Below are positions 54,256 through 64,000 of a stretch of DNA of 64,000 bases, piece by piece. A program made the translations under genes and the position numbers. Source of the DNA: an uncultured Candidatus Saccharibacteria bacterium. Lineage in GTDB: Bacteria; Patescibacteriota; Doudnabacteria; UBA920. The stretch covers positions 1,910 to 65,909 of the forward strand of contig CAZACP010000005.1 of NCBI GenBank assembly GCA_964483665.1, in the 5' to 3' direction. How positions within the stretch are numbered: the stretch's first letter is position 1; each line of letters starts with the position of its first letter. Under the pieces are notes generated by a model that ran no database searches, had not been told where the DNA came from, and was given only the letters and a program-made list of their open reading frames with translations.

Positions 54256-54678
54256 ATGGCTTATTTTGAAAAACAAAAATTTAATATTTTAGAGTTAGTT
54301 TTAAGAAAAGATTCGCCAAGGAAAATTTTGTTGGTAGAACCCGAGTATTATTTGCGGGTACTGTTAAAAAATTTATTGGAAAAAGAAAATTTTTTGGTTG
54401 CCAGCGCAGAAAAGATATCCGAAAGCAAGTTAATTTTAGAATTTTTTGAGCCAGATATTGCTGTTATCAGCCCGCATTCTGAAAAAGATCTGCAAGTTTT
54501 TTTATTAGGGCTTTCTGATTTAAGAAAGCAGTACCAAACTTTACGTATCTTAACTGTAGGGCACCGTTTACCGGTTGAAGCAATGAAGAAAATTATGGAT
54601 TTAGGAGTGTCTTCTCATTTGGAAAGAGCCTTAACAAGACCGCATGATATTGCTGCGGTAATAAAAACTTTATTTTAG
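54256..54678 (+). CDS. receiver-domain-like protein lacking canonical phospho-acceptor residues
   Basis: CheY-like alternating pattern KILLVEPE...DIAVISP but the acidic pocket DD and phospho-Asp appear replaced. Confidence 0.35.
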   Translation: MAYFEKQKFNILELVLRKDSPRKILLVEPEYYLRVLLKNLLEKENFLVASAEKISESKLILEFFEPDIAVISPHSEKDLQVFLLGLSDLRKQYQTLRILTVGHRLPVEAMKKIMDLGVSSHLERALTRPHDIAAVIKTLF

Positions 54679-54719
54679 AAAATGAAGTCATGGTGAATTT
54701 TAAAAATTAATAAATTCAT

Positions 54720-55790
54720 ATGTATAAAGTTAGCGAACTTGAGTTAAATAAGCTTTTGTCTTTGCTATTAGAGCGCGATGCCTCGGATTTGCATTTAATG
54801 GTAGGCGAACCGCCTATTATTCGTGTTGATACCCAGTTAATCCGCTTAGACACTTACCAGGCATTGAGTTCAGATAGTATAAAAGATTTATTAAATGTTT
54901 TACTCAAGCCGCAACAAAAAAAGATTTTTGAAGACAGGCTTCAAGTAGATTTTTCATACGCCTTTAAAGAAAATATAAGATTCCGTGTTAATGCGTATTT
55001 ACACAAGGGAATGCCGGCTATTGCGATGCGCGTAATTCCTACTCATATTAAAACTTTGGAAGAGTTAAATTTGCCCGGTATTTTAAAAAAATTCACCGAC
55101 AGGAAACAGGGTCTGGTATTGATGGTGGGTCCTACAGGACATGGAAAATCTACTGCCCTGGCCTCTTTAATAAATGAAATAAATAATACAAGATCTGAAC
55201 ATATTTTAACTATTGAAGATCCGGTGGAATTTATGTTTACTGCAAATAAATCTATTATTAGCCAAAGGGAAGTGCTTTTGGATACACCGGATTTTGCCAG
55301 TGCCTTAAGGTCAGCATTGCGCGAAGACATTAATGTTGTATTGGTTGGTGAAATGCGGGACTTAGAATCAATTTCTAGCGCTTTGACAATCGCTGAAACA
55401 GGCCACCTGGTTTTTGCCACCTTGCATACCAATGATGCAGCTCAAAGCATTGACCGTATAGTAGACGTTTTTCCGCCCGGCCAGCAAGGTCAAATAAGAA
55501 GTCAATTAGCCAGCGTTTTGGTGGGTGTGGTTAGTTTGCGCCTTTTGCCGAAAGTGGGGGGCGGGCGAGTACCGGCTTACGAAATTTTAGTCACTAATCA
55601 CGCAGTTAGGAATGTTATCCGCGATAATAAAGTTTATGAAATTCCTAATATTATTCACACTTCCATGGAAGAGGGTATGATACCTTTAGACAAAACCTTA
55701 GCTTTGCTTGTTAAGCAGGGTGTTGTTGAGCTTGAGACTGCGCAGAATTTTGTTTTAGACAATGAGTATTTTTTGTCATTAATATCTTGA
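54720..55790 (+). CDS. pilT: twitching motility ATPase PilT
   Basis: Walker A GPTGHGKST, HLVFATLHTN, size 356 aa. Confidence 0.85.
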   Translation: MYKVSELELNKLLSLLLERDASDLHLMVGEPPIIRVDTQLIRLDTYQALSSDSIKDLLNVLLKPQQKKIFEDRLQVDFSYAFKENIRFRVNAYLHKGMPAIAMRVIPTHIKTLEELNLPGILKKFTDRKQGLVLMVGPTGHGKSTALASLINEINNTRSEHILTIEDPVEFMFTANKSIISQREVLLDTPDFASALRSALREDINVVLVGEMRDLESISSALTIAETGHLVFATLHTNDAAQSIDRIVDVFPPGQQGQIRSQLASVLVGVVSLRLLPKVGGGRVPAYEILVTNHAVRNVIRDNKVYEIPNIIHTSMEEGMIPLDKTLALLVKQGVVELETAQNFVLDNEYFLSLIS

Positions 55791-55868
55791 AGGCTACGAA
55801 AGTGCTAAAATTACGAAAATACTAAAATCATTTTTCGTACTTTAGTGCCTTTCGTACTTTAGTAGCCT

Positions 55869-57074
55869 ATGAAATTTCAATACAAAGCCAGAAGCAAAGA
55901 TGGTCCAATAAAATCAGGATTGGTTGTCGCCGCAGACCAAGAAAGAGCCGAGCAGCTTTTGAGCGAGAACGGTTTAATTATTATTTCTTTAGAACAAGAA
56001 AAGGAAAGTCTTTTTGCGCGCATAAATCCGTTTGGTAAATCAGTAAGTAATAAAGATATAGTCTTATTTTCCAGGCAATTGGCAACTTTGGTTTCCGCAA
56101 GAGTTCCGATCTTACAGGCCTTAAGAATTCTTGAAGAGCAAATTTCTAATCAATATTTAATTACAATCGTTCAGGATTTGATCAAATCCGTAGAAAATGG
56201 AGAGTCGTTGTCGCTTGCTATGAATAAGCATGAAAAAGTTTTTAGCAGCGTTTATGTGAGTTTAGTTAAGTCTGGCGAGGTTTCGGGCAGTTTAGACAAG
56301 TCCTTAAGCTATTTGGCTGATCAGCAGGAAAAAGATTATGAGCTTAGGGCTAAGGTTAAAAGCGCCATGACTTACCCTGGGTTTGTGTTGGGAGCTTTAG
56401 GTGTTGTGGGTGTTTTAATGTTTAAATTTGTATTGCCCAAATTAACCTCTGTTTTAGAAGAACAAGGCGGCGAGTTACCGGTAATTTCTAAAGGTCTTAT
56501 TGCTTTTACCCATTTTTTTGACAAATTCTGGTGGATGGTAATTTTACTGTTTGCTTGTTTAGTGGTTGCCGTGCGTTTTTATGTTTCAACTGAAAAAGGC
56601 CGCTATAACTGGGATAGTCTAAAAATTAGGCTGCCTATTGTTGGAGATATTTTTAAAAAAATCTATCTAGCTAGATTTGCAAGAAATCTTTCTACTTTAG
56701 TTATTGGAGGCATACCTATTATTAAGGCTTTGCAAATTGTGGCGGATGTTATAAACAACGTAGTTTATAGGGAAATTGTTTTGGAGTCTGTAACAAAAAT
56801 TTCAGCTGGCAAAAGCATAAGCGAAGGGCTTTCGGGGCACCCGGAGTTTCCGAATATTGTTACCCAGATGGTTAAGGTTGGGGAGCAGACAGCTCAATTG
56901 GACGAAATTATGAATAAGTTAGCATTATTTTACGAAAAGGAAGTGGATACGAAAGTTGCAACGTTATCCACTTTGCTGGAGCCAATTATTATGATAATTT
57001 TAGGCCTAGGAGTAGGCTTGTTGGTAGCCGGTGTATTGATGCCGATTTATAATTTAGCCAGTACTATCCAATAG
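55869..57074 (+). CDS. pilC: type IV pilus platform protein PilC (GspF family)
   Basis: Two T2SSF repeats, 3 TM topology, 401 aa. Confidence 0.8.
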   Translation: MKFQYKARSKDGPIKSGLVVAADQERAEQLLSENGLIIISLEQEKESLFARINPFGKSVSNKDIVLFSRQLATLVSARVPILQALRILEEQISNQYLITIVQDLIKSVENGESLSLAMNKHEKVFSSVYVSLVKSGEVSGSLDKSLSYLADQQEKDYELRAKVKSAMTYPGFVLGALGVVGVLMFKFVLPKLTSVLEEQGGELPVISKGLIAFTHFFDKFWWMVILLFACLVVAVRFYVSTEKGRYNWDSLKIRLPIVGDIFKKIYLARFARNLSTLVIGGIPIIKALQIVADVINNVVYREIVLESVTKISAGKSISEGLSGHPEFPNIVTQMVKVGEQTAQLDEIMNKLALFYEKEVDTKVATLSTLLEPIIMIILGLGVGLLVAGVLMPIYNLASTIQ

Positions 57075-57199
57075 GCAAACTTGGCTTAGTCCACTCGCTG
57101 TTGATAAGTATTTTGCTAAATTATTGATTTTTTGCTTTAATAATATTAATAAGTTGAATTGCCAGAAGGTAACTTTTTGCAATCTCATCCACATTAAGA

Positions 57200-57664
57200 T
57201 TGGGGGTGAAAACTTTGAGAAACAAAAACGAAAAAGGTTTTACTTTAATTGAATTATTGGTGGTTATTGCGATTATCGGTCTTTTAGCGTCCGTGGTCTT
57301 GTTGGCCTTAAATTCGGCTCGAGCCAAATCCAGAGACGCCAAGAGATTAGCGGACGTTAGACAGATGGCATCTGCCCTTGAATTATATTTCAATGATGTC
57401 AGCTCTTATCCGACTTCGAACGGCGCAACTGTTACCTTAATAACAGGTCAGCCAACTCTAACCCCTACTTATTTAGGATTAATACCAACAGCTCCTTCAC
57501 CAGCAGATGGTAGCTGTGATGCAACCTCTAATGGATATCGTTATTTAGCAGGTGTGGCCAGTCAAAACATAACTGGAACCTATAGTCTAGGCTTTTGTCT
57601 TGGTGCGGCAACCGGCGGTTACTCGGCAGGACAACACACTTTAACTCCTGCTGGTATACAATAG
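57200..57664 (+). CDS. type IV pilin (major pilin candidate)
   Basis: Prepilin leader ...KG/FTLIELLVVIAIIGLLA (G-1, F+1, E+5). Confidence 0.7.
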   Translation: MGVKTLRNKNEKGFTLIELLVVIAIIGLLASVVLLALNSARAKSRDAKRLADVRQMASALELYFNDVSSYPTSNGATVTLITGQPTLTPTYLGLIPTAPSPADGSCDATSNGYRYLAGVASQNITGTYSLGFCLGAATGGYSAGQHTLTPAGIQ

Positions 57665-57752
57665 TTCGATATTTACAAAAGGATGCTTTTCTTTAGAAAA
57701 GCATCCTTTTTTGCTATAATATAGACAATATTAGGAAGCTTTTTTAAAAATA

Positions 57753-58142
57753 ATGGATTTATATATTTCTTCGAACATTCGAAACAGTTTAATAATAGTT
57801 ATTTTGGCTATAGTGGTGTTGGTATTGGTTTTTGTTGGTATTTCCGACGGAAAGAGACAGGCTAAAAGCGCTTTAATTTTAAATTGGGCATCGGAAGAAA
57901 CTTTAGCCTTAGAATATTTTTACAGGGACAATAATCGTTTTCCCACAGCAGATGAATTTGCCAGGCCTGAAGTAATGGGAAATTATTTTGTTAAAGCCCC
58001 GGAAGGAGTAAATATTCAAACAGAGCAGTGCCCGGAAATTTTAAAGTATACTAGGCCTAGGTCAGAAAGTTATGAACTGTACTTTTGCCTGCCAAGGGCG
58101 CAAGACGGCTATAATCTTGGCTTAAATCAATTTGTCAGGTAG
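57753..58142 (+). CDS. hypothetical TM protein
   Basis: 129 aa, N-terminal TM, no prepilin motif. Confidence 0.3.
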   Translation: MDLYISSNIRNSLIIVILAIVVLVLVFVGISDGKRQAKSALILNWASEETLALEYFYRDNNRFPTADEFARPEVMGNYFVKAPEGVNIQTEQCPEILKYTRPRSESYELYFCLPRAQDGYNLGLNQFVR

Positions 58143-58188
58143 GTTTTATAATTATAAAGTAGCTAATAAAGTTCCTAATTAATTTATT

Positions 58189-60153
58189 ATGATTTCATTG
58201 CCAAGGCTGCCGTACAGAGAAGATAAGCTATTTTCAGTTCTCGTTCTGCTGGTTTTAGTTGTTCCGTTAGCTTTTTCTTGGGAATTTTATGAAAAATTTG
58301 AAACAATAAAATTAGTATTATGGGCAGTATTACTTTCGGCATGTTTGGTTTTACTGAGTGTTAAAAAAGAGATTTACCAAATTAATCGGGTAGTCGTGTT
58401 TTTGTTCGGCGGGCTTTTATTTTTTGGTCTTTTTGCCGCGCTACTTGCGCCAAATATTAGTAACGGTTTTTTGGGCAGTTACCCCCGGTTTACCAGTAGT
58501 TTTTTATTTTATTTTTTACTTATTTTTACACTTTGGTTATTTTCTGCAAATCTTGATATAAAAAAATGGAAATTTTTGCTTTGGGTTGTATATTTTGATG
58601 CCGTGGTTGTTGCTCTTGTGGGTATAATGCAGAGTTATGGCGTGGGGTACTATACCGGCATCGAGCAGACACAGATTTCACGCGCCCCCGGTCTTTTGGG
58701 CAACCCTAATTTTTCTAGTATGTTTTTGGTGGCGGTAATGCCTTTTACCTTGCCTTTTTTTTATTACGCAAGAAATTTTGCCGCCAAAATGTATTATTTA
58801 GTTTCTGGAATTTTAATGCTTTTTGCAGTTATACTTTTTTCTAGCCGGGGATCTTGGCTTGCGCTGGCAGCTGGTCTTGGCAGCCTTCTTTTAATACTGT
58901 TGTTGTCTAGGCTCCCCAAAAAATTTTTTTTGAGCTTATTATTAGTAACTTTTATAATATTTGCTTTTATAGGCTTCTTTGAGAAATTTGCCCGGCCAGG
59001 AACCTTAAAAGCTACTTTTCGGCTTTCAGAAACAAATATTGACTATAGGTTATATGCTTGGGATTTGGCCCGTAAGGCGATATCTGAGCACCCCGTGCTG
59101 GGTTTTGGCCCGGGCAGTACCCAAATATATTTTGAGCGTTTTAGAGATTCCAATTTAATGCAAGGCGCTGGAATATTTGACGATGTTCATAACCTGCCGC
59201 TTCAAATGGCTGTAAGCGCCGGGCTGCCTTTTATGCTTTGTTTTTTAGGAATTTGGGCGATAGTTTTTTGGCAATCGTATAAAAAGTTAAAAGTTGACCC
59301 AAGGGATTTTTGGACTATTGCCCAGGTGGTTTCTTTAGTGGCATGGTTTGCGGCCAGCTGTTTTAATCCGGTTTCAACTGCTAATTTTTTATTGTTGGCG
59401 GTTGTGTTTTCAGGTTCTTTAATTAACGGCAGTGAAAATATTAAGTTAAGTATTTGGACGAAGCCAGCTTTTTTACTTGCGGCTCTGAGCCTGGCTATTT
59501 TTGGCTTTAGTTTGGCTTTTGGTGAATTTTTCTTTTACCAGTCAGTTAAAAATTACCAAAGTCAAAATTTTGAAAAATGCCAAAAAAATGCTCGATTGGC
59601 TAGGTACGCTAATCCAACCAATCAGCTCTATTATGTATATGAAACTGCTTGTAAAATTATAATTAACCCAGACCCGGAAACTTTAAAACAAGATTTAAAA
59701 CATATTACGAGTTTACAGGCTCAAAGCGCAAAGACAGAAGTTTTAGCCTCAAATTTGTCTTATTTGATGTATATCCGTACAAATGACTCAACATTTTTAG
59801 ATTTAGCAATAAATTATATTCAAAAATCCTTAGAAAAAGATAAAAGTTATGCTCCCCGCTATACTCACGCAGCCTTTTATTTAGCTGAAAATAACCAATT
59901 ACTTGAATCTAAAGAATATTTAAAAGTTTCTCTTTCAATAGACAAAACAAGCTTGCCGGCTTGGTTATTGCTTGCCAGAGTCTATCAGTTGCTCGATAGG
60001 CCGGAGCAAATGAGGTACGCTCTTAATGAAGCGTTTAAACTGAGTCCGCTGGACTCAAATTTAAATCGCTTAAATCAGGCGGCAAAAAATGAAAAGGAAA
60101 TTAAAAATTTAAATATTCCGGCATTAATTAATTTTTTACAAATTGAGTCTTAG
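58189..60153 (+). CDS. O-antigen ligase (Wzy_C) family polytopic membrane protein with C-terminal TPR repeats; candidate pilin O-oligosaccharyltransferase
   Basis: ~12 TM with FSSRGSWLALAAGLGS loop motif typical of the Wzy_C/WaaL/PglL family; C-terminal TPR-like helical repeats; sits between pilin and pilD. Confidence 0.5.
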   Translation: MISLPRLPYREDKLFSVLVLLVLVVPLAFSWEFYEKFETIKLVLWAVLLSACLVLLSVKKEIYQINRVVVFLFGGLLFFGLFAALLAPNISNGFLGSYPRFTSSFLFYFLLIFTLWLFSANLDIKKWKFLLWVVYFDAVVVALVGIMQSYGVGYYTGIEQTQISRAPGLLGNPNFSSMFLVAVMPFTLPFFYYARNFAAKMYYLVSGILMLFAVILFSSRGSWLALAAGLGSLLLILLLSRLPKKFFLSLLLVTFIIFAFIGFFEKFARPGTLKATFRLSETNIDYRLYAWDLARKAISEHPVLGFGPGSTQIYFERFRDSNLMQGAGIFDDVHNLPLQMAVSAGLPFMLCFLGIWAIVFWQSYKKLKVDPRDFWTIAQVVSLVAWFAASCFNPVSTANFLLLAVVFSGSLINGSENIKLSIWTKPAFLLAALSLAIFGFSLAFGEFFFYQSVKNYQSQNFEKCQKNARLARYANPTNQLYYVYETACKIIINPDPETLKQDLKHITSLQAQSAKTEVLASNLSYLMYIRTNDSTFLDLAINYIQKSLEKDKSYAPRYTHAAFYLAENNQLLESKEYLKVSLSIDKTSLPAWLLLARVYQLLDRPEQMRYALNEAFKLSPLDSNLNRLNQAAKNEKEIKNLNIPALINFLQIES

Positions 60154-60952
60154 TACACTAGCTACAATTTTAGTTTTTATTTTTGGCGCCTGCATGGGAA
60201 GCTTTTTAAACGTTGTCGTCTGGCGGCTGCCCAGGGGAGAAAAGCTAACAGGAAGGTCTATGTGCCCGCACTGCGGGCATACGTTAGACCCGGTTGATTT
60301 GGTGCCGTTTTTAAGTTTTGCTCTGCTTAAGGCCAAGTGCCGGAATTGCCAAAAAAAAATTTCTCCTCGTTACCCACTAGTCGAGTTAACGGTCGGCGTT
60401 TTATTCGTTTTTACCTTTTTATTTTTAATGCCTGGGACTGTTTTGGAGTGGATTTTTTTTGCTCGGACAATTATATTGGTTTTTTTCTTAACGGCTATTT
60501 TTATTATTGACTTAGAGCATTTTTTAATTTTAGACAGCATAATACTGGTTGGATCAGTAATTTTGACAGTTCTAAATTTGGTGCTTGATTTTTATTCAGG
60601 AGCAAAAGTTTTTAGTCTCGCATCTTTTGGTGTTGGGGGGATTTTTGCCGGCTTGCTTGCCGCATTACCATTTTTTGCGATTTGGTTTTTTTCAAAAGGG
60701 CTGTATATGGGTTTTGGAGACGTAAAGTTAGCTATATTTTTAGGTATTGCCCTTGGTTTGAAGCTGGTTTGGGTGGCGGTTTTTTTAGGGGTTTTACTAG
60801 GGGGAATTGTCAGCATATTTTTGCTGTTTGGTTATAAAAAAGACTTAAAGACAAAGTTGCCGTTCGGAACTTTTTTGGCTTTGGGGGCATTTATCGCAAT
60901 CTTTTATGGTTCGCCGCTGTTAAAATGGTATTTAGCCATCTTGGGAATTTAA
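60143..60952 (+). CDS. pilD: prepilin peptidase (A24 family)
   Basis: N-terminal CxxC...CxxC zinc motif (CPHCGH...CRNC), polytopic, catalytic Asp region FGDVKL. Confidence 0.8.
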   Translation: MSLSTLATILVFIFGACMGSFLNVVVWRLPRGEKLTGRSMCPHCGHTLDPVDLVPFLSFALLKAKCRNCQKKISPRYPLVELTVGVLFVFTFLFLMPGTVLEWIFFARTIILVFFLTAIFIIDLEHFLILDSIILVGSVILTVLNLVLDFYSGAKVFSLASFGVGGIFAGLLAALPFFAIWFFSKGLYMGFGDVKLAIFLGIALGLKLVWVAVFLGVLLGGIVSIFLLFGYKKDLKTKLPFGTFLALGAFIAIFYGSPLLKWYLAILGI

Positions 60953-61131
60953 TGGTATAATATTCACACCTGCCCGCAATGCCTACTCAAATAATCTAAG
61001 CAAATTTTGTGTGTTTGGTTATTTTGTTAATTCATCAGTACTTTGAAATTATATAGAGGTAGGCAGGCGGGGATACGCAGATAATATAGCAGATTACACA
61101 GACAGGAGTACTAAAACTTGACGAAACAAAA

Positions 61132-61887
61132 ATGTCTTCAAGGCCTCAAATATCAAATATCAAATATCAAATACCCGAAAAAGGTTTTACTGTTGTTGAA
61201 CTAATGGTTGTTTTGGTAATATTTGCAACAATTACCGGGATTGTCCTGGCTAATTACGCCGGCCTTAGGACTGCCCGTAATTTGAAAATTGCCCAGAATG
61301 AATTAGTAACCAATTTAAGAAAAATTTCCAGCTATACACTCTCTTCTAGAGCTATAAACGGTTCTCAGGCTGTTCAATTTTATTTACTAAAGTTAGATAC
61401 TCAAGCACCGGGAAAATATACTATAGAAGCAATTTACGATGTAACTACTTCTCCTAAACTTGCAGCCGAAATCGAAACAATATATTTGCCGCAGGGAATA
61501 CAATTTTCAAGCATAGCGCCTTTTGTTATAGACAGACCTGATCCGAATATCGACTTTCCGAACACTATTCCGCCTACAGGTTCTTTAGATGTTTCGGCTC
61601 TAAATGGTAATATCAGTTCTTGCGCTTTAGTAGCGTACAAACTTCCGTTTGGAAACATAATTGTAAATTCCGGACGCGATAATTTAAATACTTCTAACAC
61701 CGGCTGCACTTTTAACAATTTTAGCAATGACGATTACGTAAAAATCAAGAATTTTGTGGCCAACAGCCCGACTAATACGGCGGTCAACAATTCTGTTTTA
61801 ATTATAACTTTAAGCTCAACTGATGGGACGCTAACTAAAACCGTGACTGTAAACGGCTTAACCGGCGCAATAACTTTTAGTCCTTAA
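61132..61887 (+). CDS. type IV pilin-like (minor pilin)
   Basis: Leader ...EKG/FTVVELMVVLVIFA. Confidence 0.55.
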   Translation: MSSRPQISNIKYQIPEKGFTVVELMVVLVIFATITGIVLANYAGLRTARNLKIAQNELVTNLRKISSYTLSSRAINGSQAVQFYLLKLDTQAPGKYTIEAIYDVTTSPKLAAEIETIYLPQGIQFSSIAPFVIDRPDPNIDFPNTIPPTGSLDVSALNGNISSCALVAYKLPFGNIIVNSGRDNLNTSNTGCTFNNFSNDDYVKIKNFVANSPTNTAVNNSVLIITLSSTDGTLTKTVTVNGLTGAITFSP

Positions 61888-61888
61888 T

Positions 61889-62611
61889 ATGAAATTTTCT
61901 CTGAAAGAAAACAAAAAATATCAGCTGGGTCAGACCTTAATAGAAACTGTGGTCGCGGTGTTTATTTTAGTTATGGGAATAGTCGCGGCTTTGGGACTGG
62001 CTATTTACGCGCTTAATGCTTCAAGTAATGTATCTAAACAAATTATTGGCATTGGTCTTGCCAGGGAGGGAATAGAAGCTGTAAAAAATATGCGCGATAC
62101 AAATTGGCTTAAATCAAGTGTTTCAACTAATTGTTATAATTATTCTTCAGGTTCAAATAATGCAAGTTGTTATGATAAGTGGCTAGGAGACTCCGGCTGT
62201 GGGGGAACAGGGAATGACAAAGGTTTTTGTATTTTTAACACCGGAAGCGGAACAAAAAGTTTTCGTTTAAGCGTTCAGCCAAATATTGCGGATAAATTTT
62301 GGGCTTTTGACGAAGAAAATCAAAATGAATTTGGTTTAAATTTGGATTCAAATGTTTCAAATAGTAGCTTTGTTGGTTTTTATGTTTCAGCCAATGGTTT
62401 GTCGAATGGTAGCTCCGATTTTTATAGAGAAATAGTTTTAACTAAAGACACTTCCGGAGCATTTACCCAAAATAATATGGAAAGACTTCAGGTGAAAGCT
62501 CGTGTTTGGTGGGTGGATAAAAAGTGTCCAAGAGTTGTTGCCTTCAGTTCAGCTAAAGTAACCTGTAGAATTGAACTTCAATCGTACTTAACTAATTGGA
62601 AAAACTGGTAA
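61889..62611 (+). CDS. type IV pilin-like (minor pilin)
   Basis: Leader ...QLG/QTLIETVVAVFIL (E+5). Confidence 0.5.
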   Translation: MKFSLKENKKYQLGQTLIETVVAVFILVMGIVAALGLAIYALNASSNVSKQIIGIGLAREGIEAVKNMRDTNWLKSSVSTNCYNYSSGSNNASCYDKWLGDSGCGGTGNDKGFCIFNTGSGTKSFRLSVQPNIADKFWAFDEENQNEFGLNLDSNVSNSSFVGFYVSANGLSNGSSDFYREIVLTKDTSGAFTQNNMERLQVKARVWWVDKKCPRVVAFSSAKVTCRIELQSYLTNWKNW

Positions 62612-62659
62612 AATAAACCAAAAAGCGGTTTACCCCGCACCACTTTTATTAATTAAAGT

Positions 62660-63409
62660 ATGAGAAAATTTATCTTTATACAACAAAAAAAAAATCTAAA
62701 TAAACCCTCATTTTCTAAAAATGGTGCCGGGTTTACTTTAATGGAAATAGTGGTGGCTACCACCATTTTCGCGCTGGTGGGAACGGCTATGATGGGGCTT
62801 TTTAACTACACTTTAAAAATAAACCGTAGAACCGAAGCCTTAAGGCAGGCAACGCAAGGTATGAGAACTTTTGTTGAAGGTTTGGTTAAGCAGGTTAGAA
62901 ATGGACAGGTGTATTATGGACTGGATAATTCTTTTAGTCCGCCAACCCCGGCAGTAGACAACAGCACAGTGTGCGGAGCTGGTGCGGCATATAACAGGTA
63001 TTATCAGGACATAGAAAACAGGCTTAGGATTACTGATACTGACGGAGCTGATGTTTGTTTTTATTTAGCTAATAGTTCAGGAGCTTACGTGAACGCAGGA
63101 AATTTTAGCGGCAGCCAGTTAATAATGGAAAAAAATGTTGGCAGTGGTTATGTAAAACAGGTTTTAAGCCCTTCCAATTTTTATGTCGACAACCTTGTCT
63201 TTTTTGTTCGTCCTGTTTGCGACCCGTATAATCATTGTGATGCGGCTTCCGGTAATATTTATTCGCCTGGTCAGCCGCCTAAAATTCAACCTTCAGTCAG
63301 TATATTTTTAAAACTCAGGGTTTTACTTGCTACCGGTGAAACAGTAAGAATAAATTACCAAACTTCAGTTTCCAGCAATAAATATGATATACCAAATGTC
63401 TATCCATAA
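62660..63409 (+). CDS. type IV pilin-like (minor pilin, PilW/V-like)
   Basis: Leader ...NGAG/FTLMEIVVATTIFA. Confidence 0.55.
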   Translation: MRKFIFIQQKKNLNKPSFSKNGAGFTLMEIVVATTIFALVGTAMMGLFNYTLKINRRTEALRQATQGMRTFVEGLVKQVRNGQVYYGLDNSFSPPTPAVDNSTVCGAGAAYNRYYQDIENRLRITDTDGADVCFYLANSSGAYVNAGNFSGSQLIMEKNVGSGYVKQVLSPSNFYVDNLVFFVRPVCDPYNHCDAASGNIYSPGQPPKIQPSVSIFLKLRVLLATGETVRINYQTSVSSNKYDIPNVYP

Positions 63410-64000
63410 ATTTTCAAGTAAAAAATCTCAGTCGGGTGTTACTTTAATGCTGTCTATTTTGGTCTTGGCTGCTATTTTGTCTATAGCTTTTTCTTTGGCT
63501 ACAGTGACTTTTGTAGAAATTAGGTCTTCGGGCGATTTAATTAGAACTGAACCTGCATATTATGCTGCTGACGCACTTTCGGAAGAGGCTTTGTTTAAAA
63601 TTAAACGAAATATTCCGGATAATAATTTTACTTATGATTCCGGCATAGGGAACGTTACTCTAACCTCTCAAAGTAGTTACACTTCGACGGCTATTTTTCG
63701 CACTGTTGTAAAGAAAAGTAGTTACGATTTTGTTTCTACAAAGTCTCATTTTCCTATATATGATACGCGCTGTCCAGCCCCAAATTCCGACTCAACCTTA
63801 CCTTCTCACTGTTTAACTGGTGGAAGCGGTTATGGGCGAATAAAAATCACCTTTTTAGATACAGGGAATAATGATACCTTAAAAGCTTTTTTGTGCCAGT
63901 TTGACCCACAGAAACCCATAAATTCAGCTTCGCTTGACGGCAGTGCATATACGAATGTACCGTGCTCTAATCCGAATGATACATCTAACGGATATTGGCT
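63396..64000 (+). CDS. PilX-like minor pilin, 3'-truncated by window end
   Basis: Not in ORF track (runs off the window); MSIHKFSSKKSQSGVTLMLSILVLAAILSIAF N-terminus typical of PilX. Confidence 0.4.
   Translation, partial: MSIHKFSSKKSQSGVTLMLSILVLAAILSIAFSLATVTFVEIRSSGDLIRTEPAYYAADALSEEALFKIKRNIPDNNFTYDSGIGNVTLTSQSSYTSTAIFRTVVKKSSYDFVSTKSHFPIYDTRCPAPNSDSTLPSHCLTGGSGYGRIKITFLDTGNNDTLKAFLCQFDPQKPINSASLDGSAYTNVPCSNPNDTSNGYW

Noticed and set aside
1-64000. rRNA genes or a prophage structural module
   Set aside because: No 16S/23S/5S signature stretches were seen. Beyond the small GRP-motif protein there are no terminase, portal or capsid-like ORFs. The mobile element looks like an integrative island rather than a complete prophage.

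Overview
This 64 kb window is low-GC (roughly 35-42%), gene-dense bacterial chromosome. Its content is consistent with a small-genome, Patescibacteria/CPR-like organism: a full type IV pilus cluster, a reduced ribosomal operon, few biosynthetic genes and several high-GC islands. That taxonomic guess is inference, not a search result. Identifiable housekeeping genes are trxB, a Glu/Leu/Phe/Val dehydrogenase, efp, the rpsF-ssb-rpsR operon, ychF, trpS, RNase J, secG, divergent uvrC/uvrA and an HtrA protease. There are four canonical tRNAs (Glu-UUC, Leu-CAG, Ala-UGC, Ile-GAU) and no rRNA or CRISPR array. The main accessory structure lies at 2.3-8.2 kb, an apparent integrative element inserted at tRNA-Glu. 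It carries a large serine recombinase that overlaps the tRNA 3' end, a P-loop Rep/primase-like protein and an ori-like noncoding stretch with iterons and inverted repeats. A strong promoter in that stretch is followed by four hairpins, a candidate small RNA. The element also has a phage-type small protein and an XRE/ImmA repressor-antirepressor pair. Downstream, 8.3-13.9 kb is a repeat-rich accessory stretch with a high-GC 46-aa ORF, a Zn-ribbon plus all-alpha gene pair and tandem 88-bp hairpin repeats. It also holds an atypical 790-aa ABC exporter with a 230-aa N-terminal extension, a GIY-YIG nuclease gene and duplicated terminator segments. Several short high-GC islands (50-60% GC) carry genes that look foreign in this background. 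These are two small secreted/membrane proteins, a TonB C-terminal-domain protein, a frameshifted ORF pair and a PEP-CTERM protein with a perfect sigma70 promoter. From 49.7 kb to the window end runs a complete type IV pilus cluster: pilM/N/O, pilB, pilT, pilC, a major pilin, an O-antigen-ligase/TPR protein (candidate pilin glycosylation), pilD and four minor pilins. Other recurring signals include a TGACAAAAAT direct-repeat motif upstream of efp, secG and a pilus-cluster gene. An 18-30 bp GC-rich palindrome brackets a Cas2-like/PaaX-C-like gene. A structured tRNA-like remnant lies between tRNA-Ile and tRNA-Ala.
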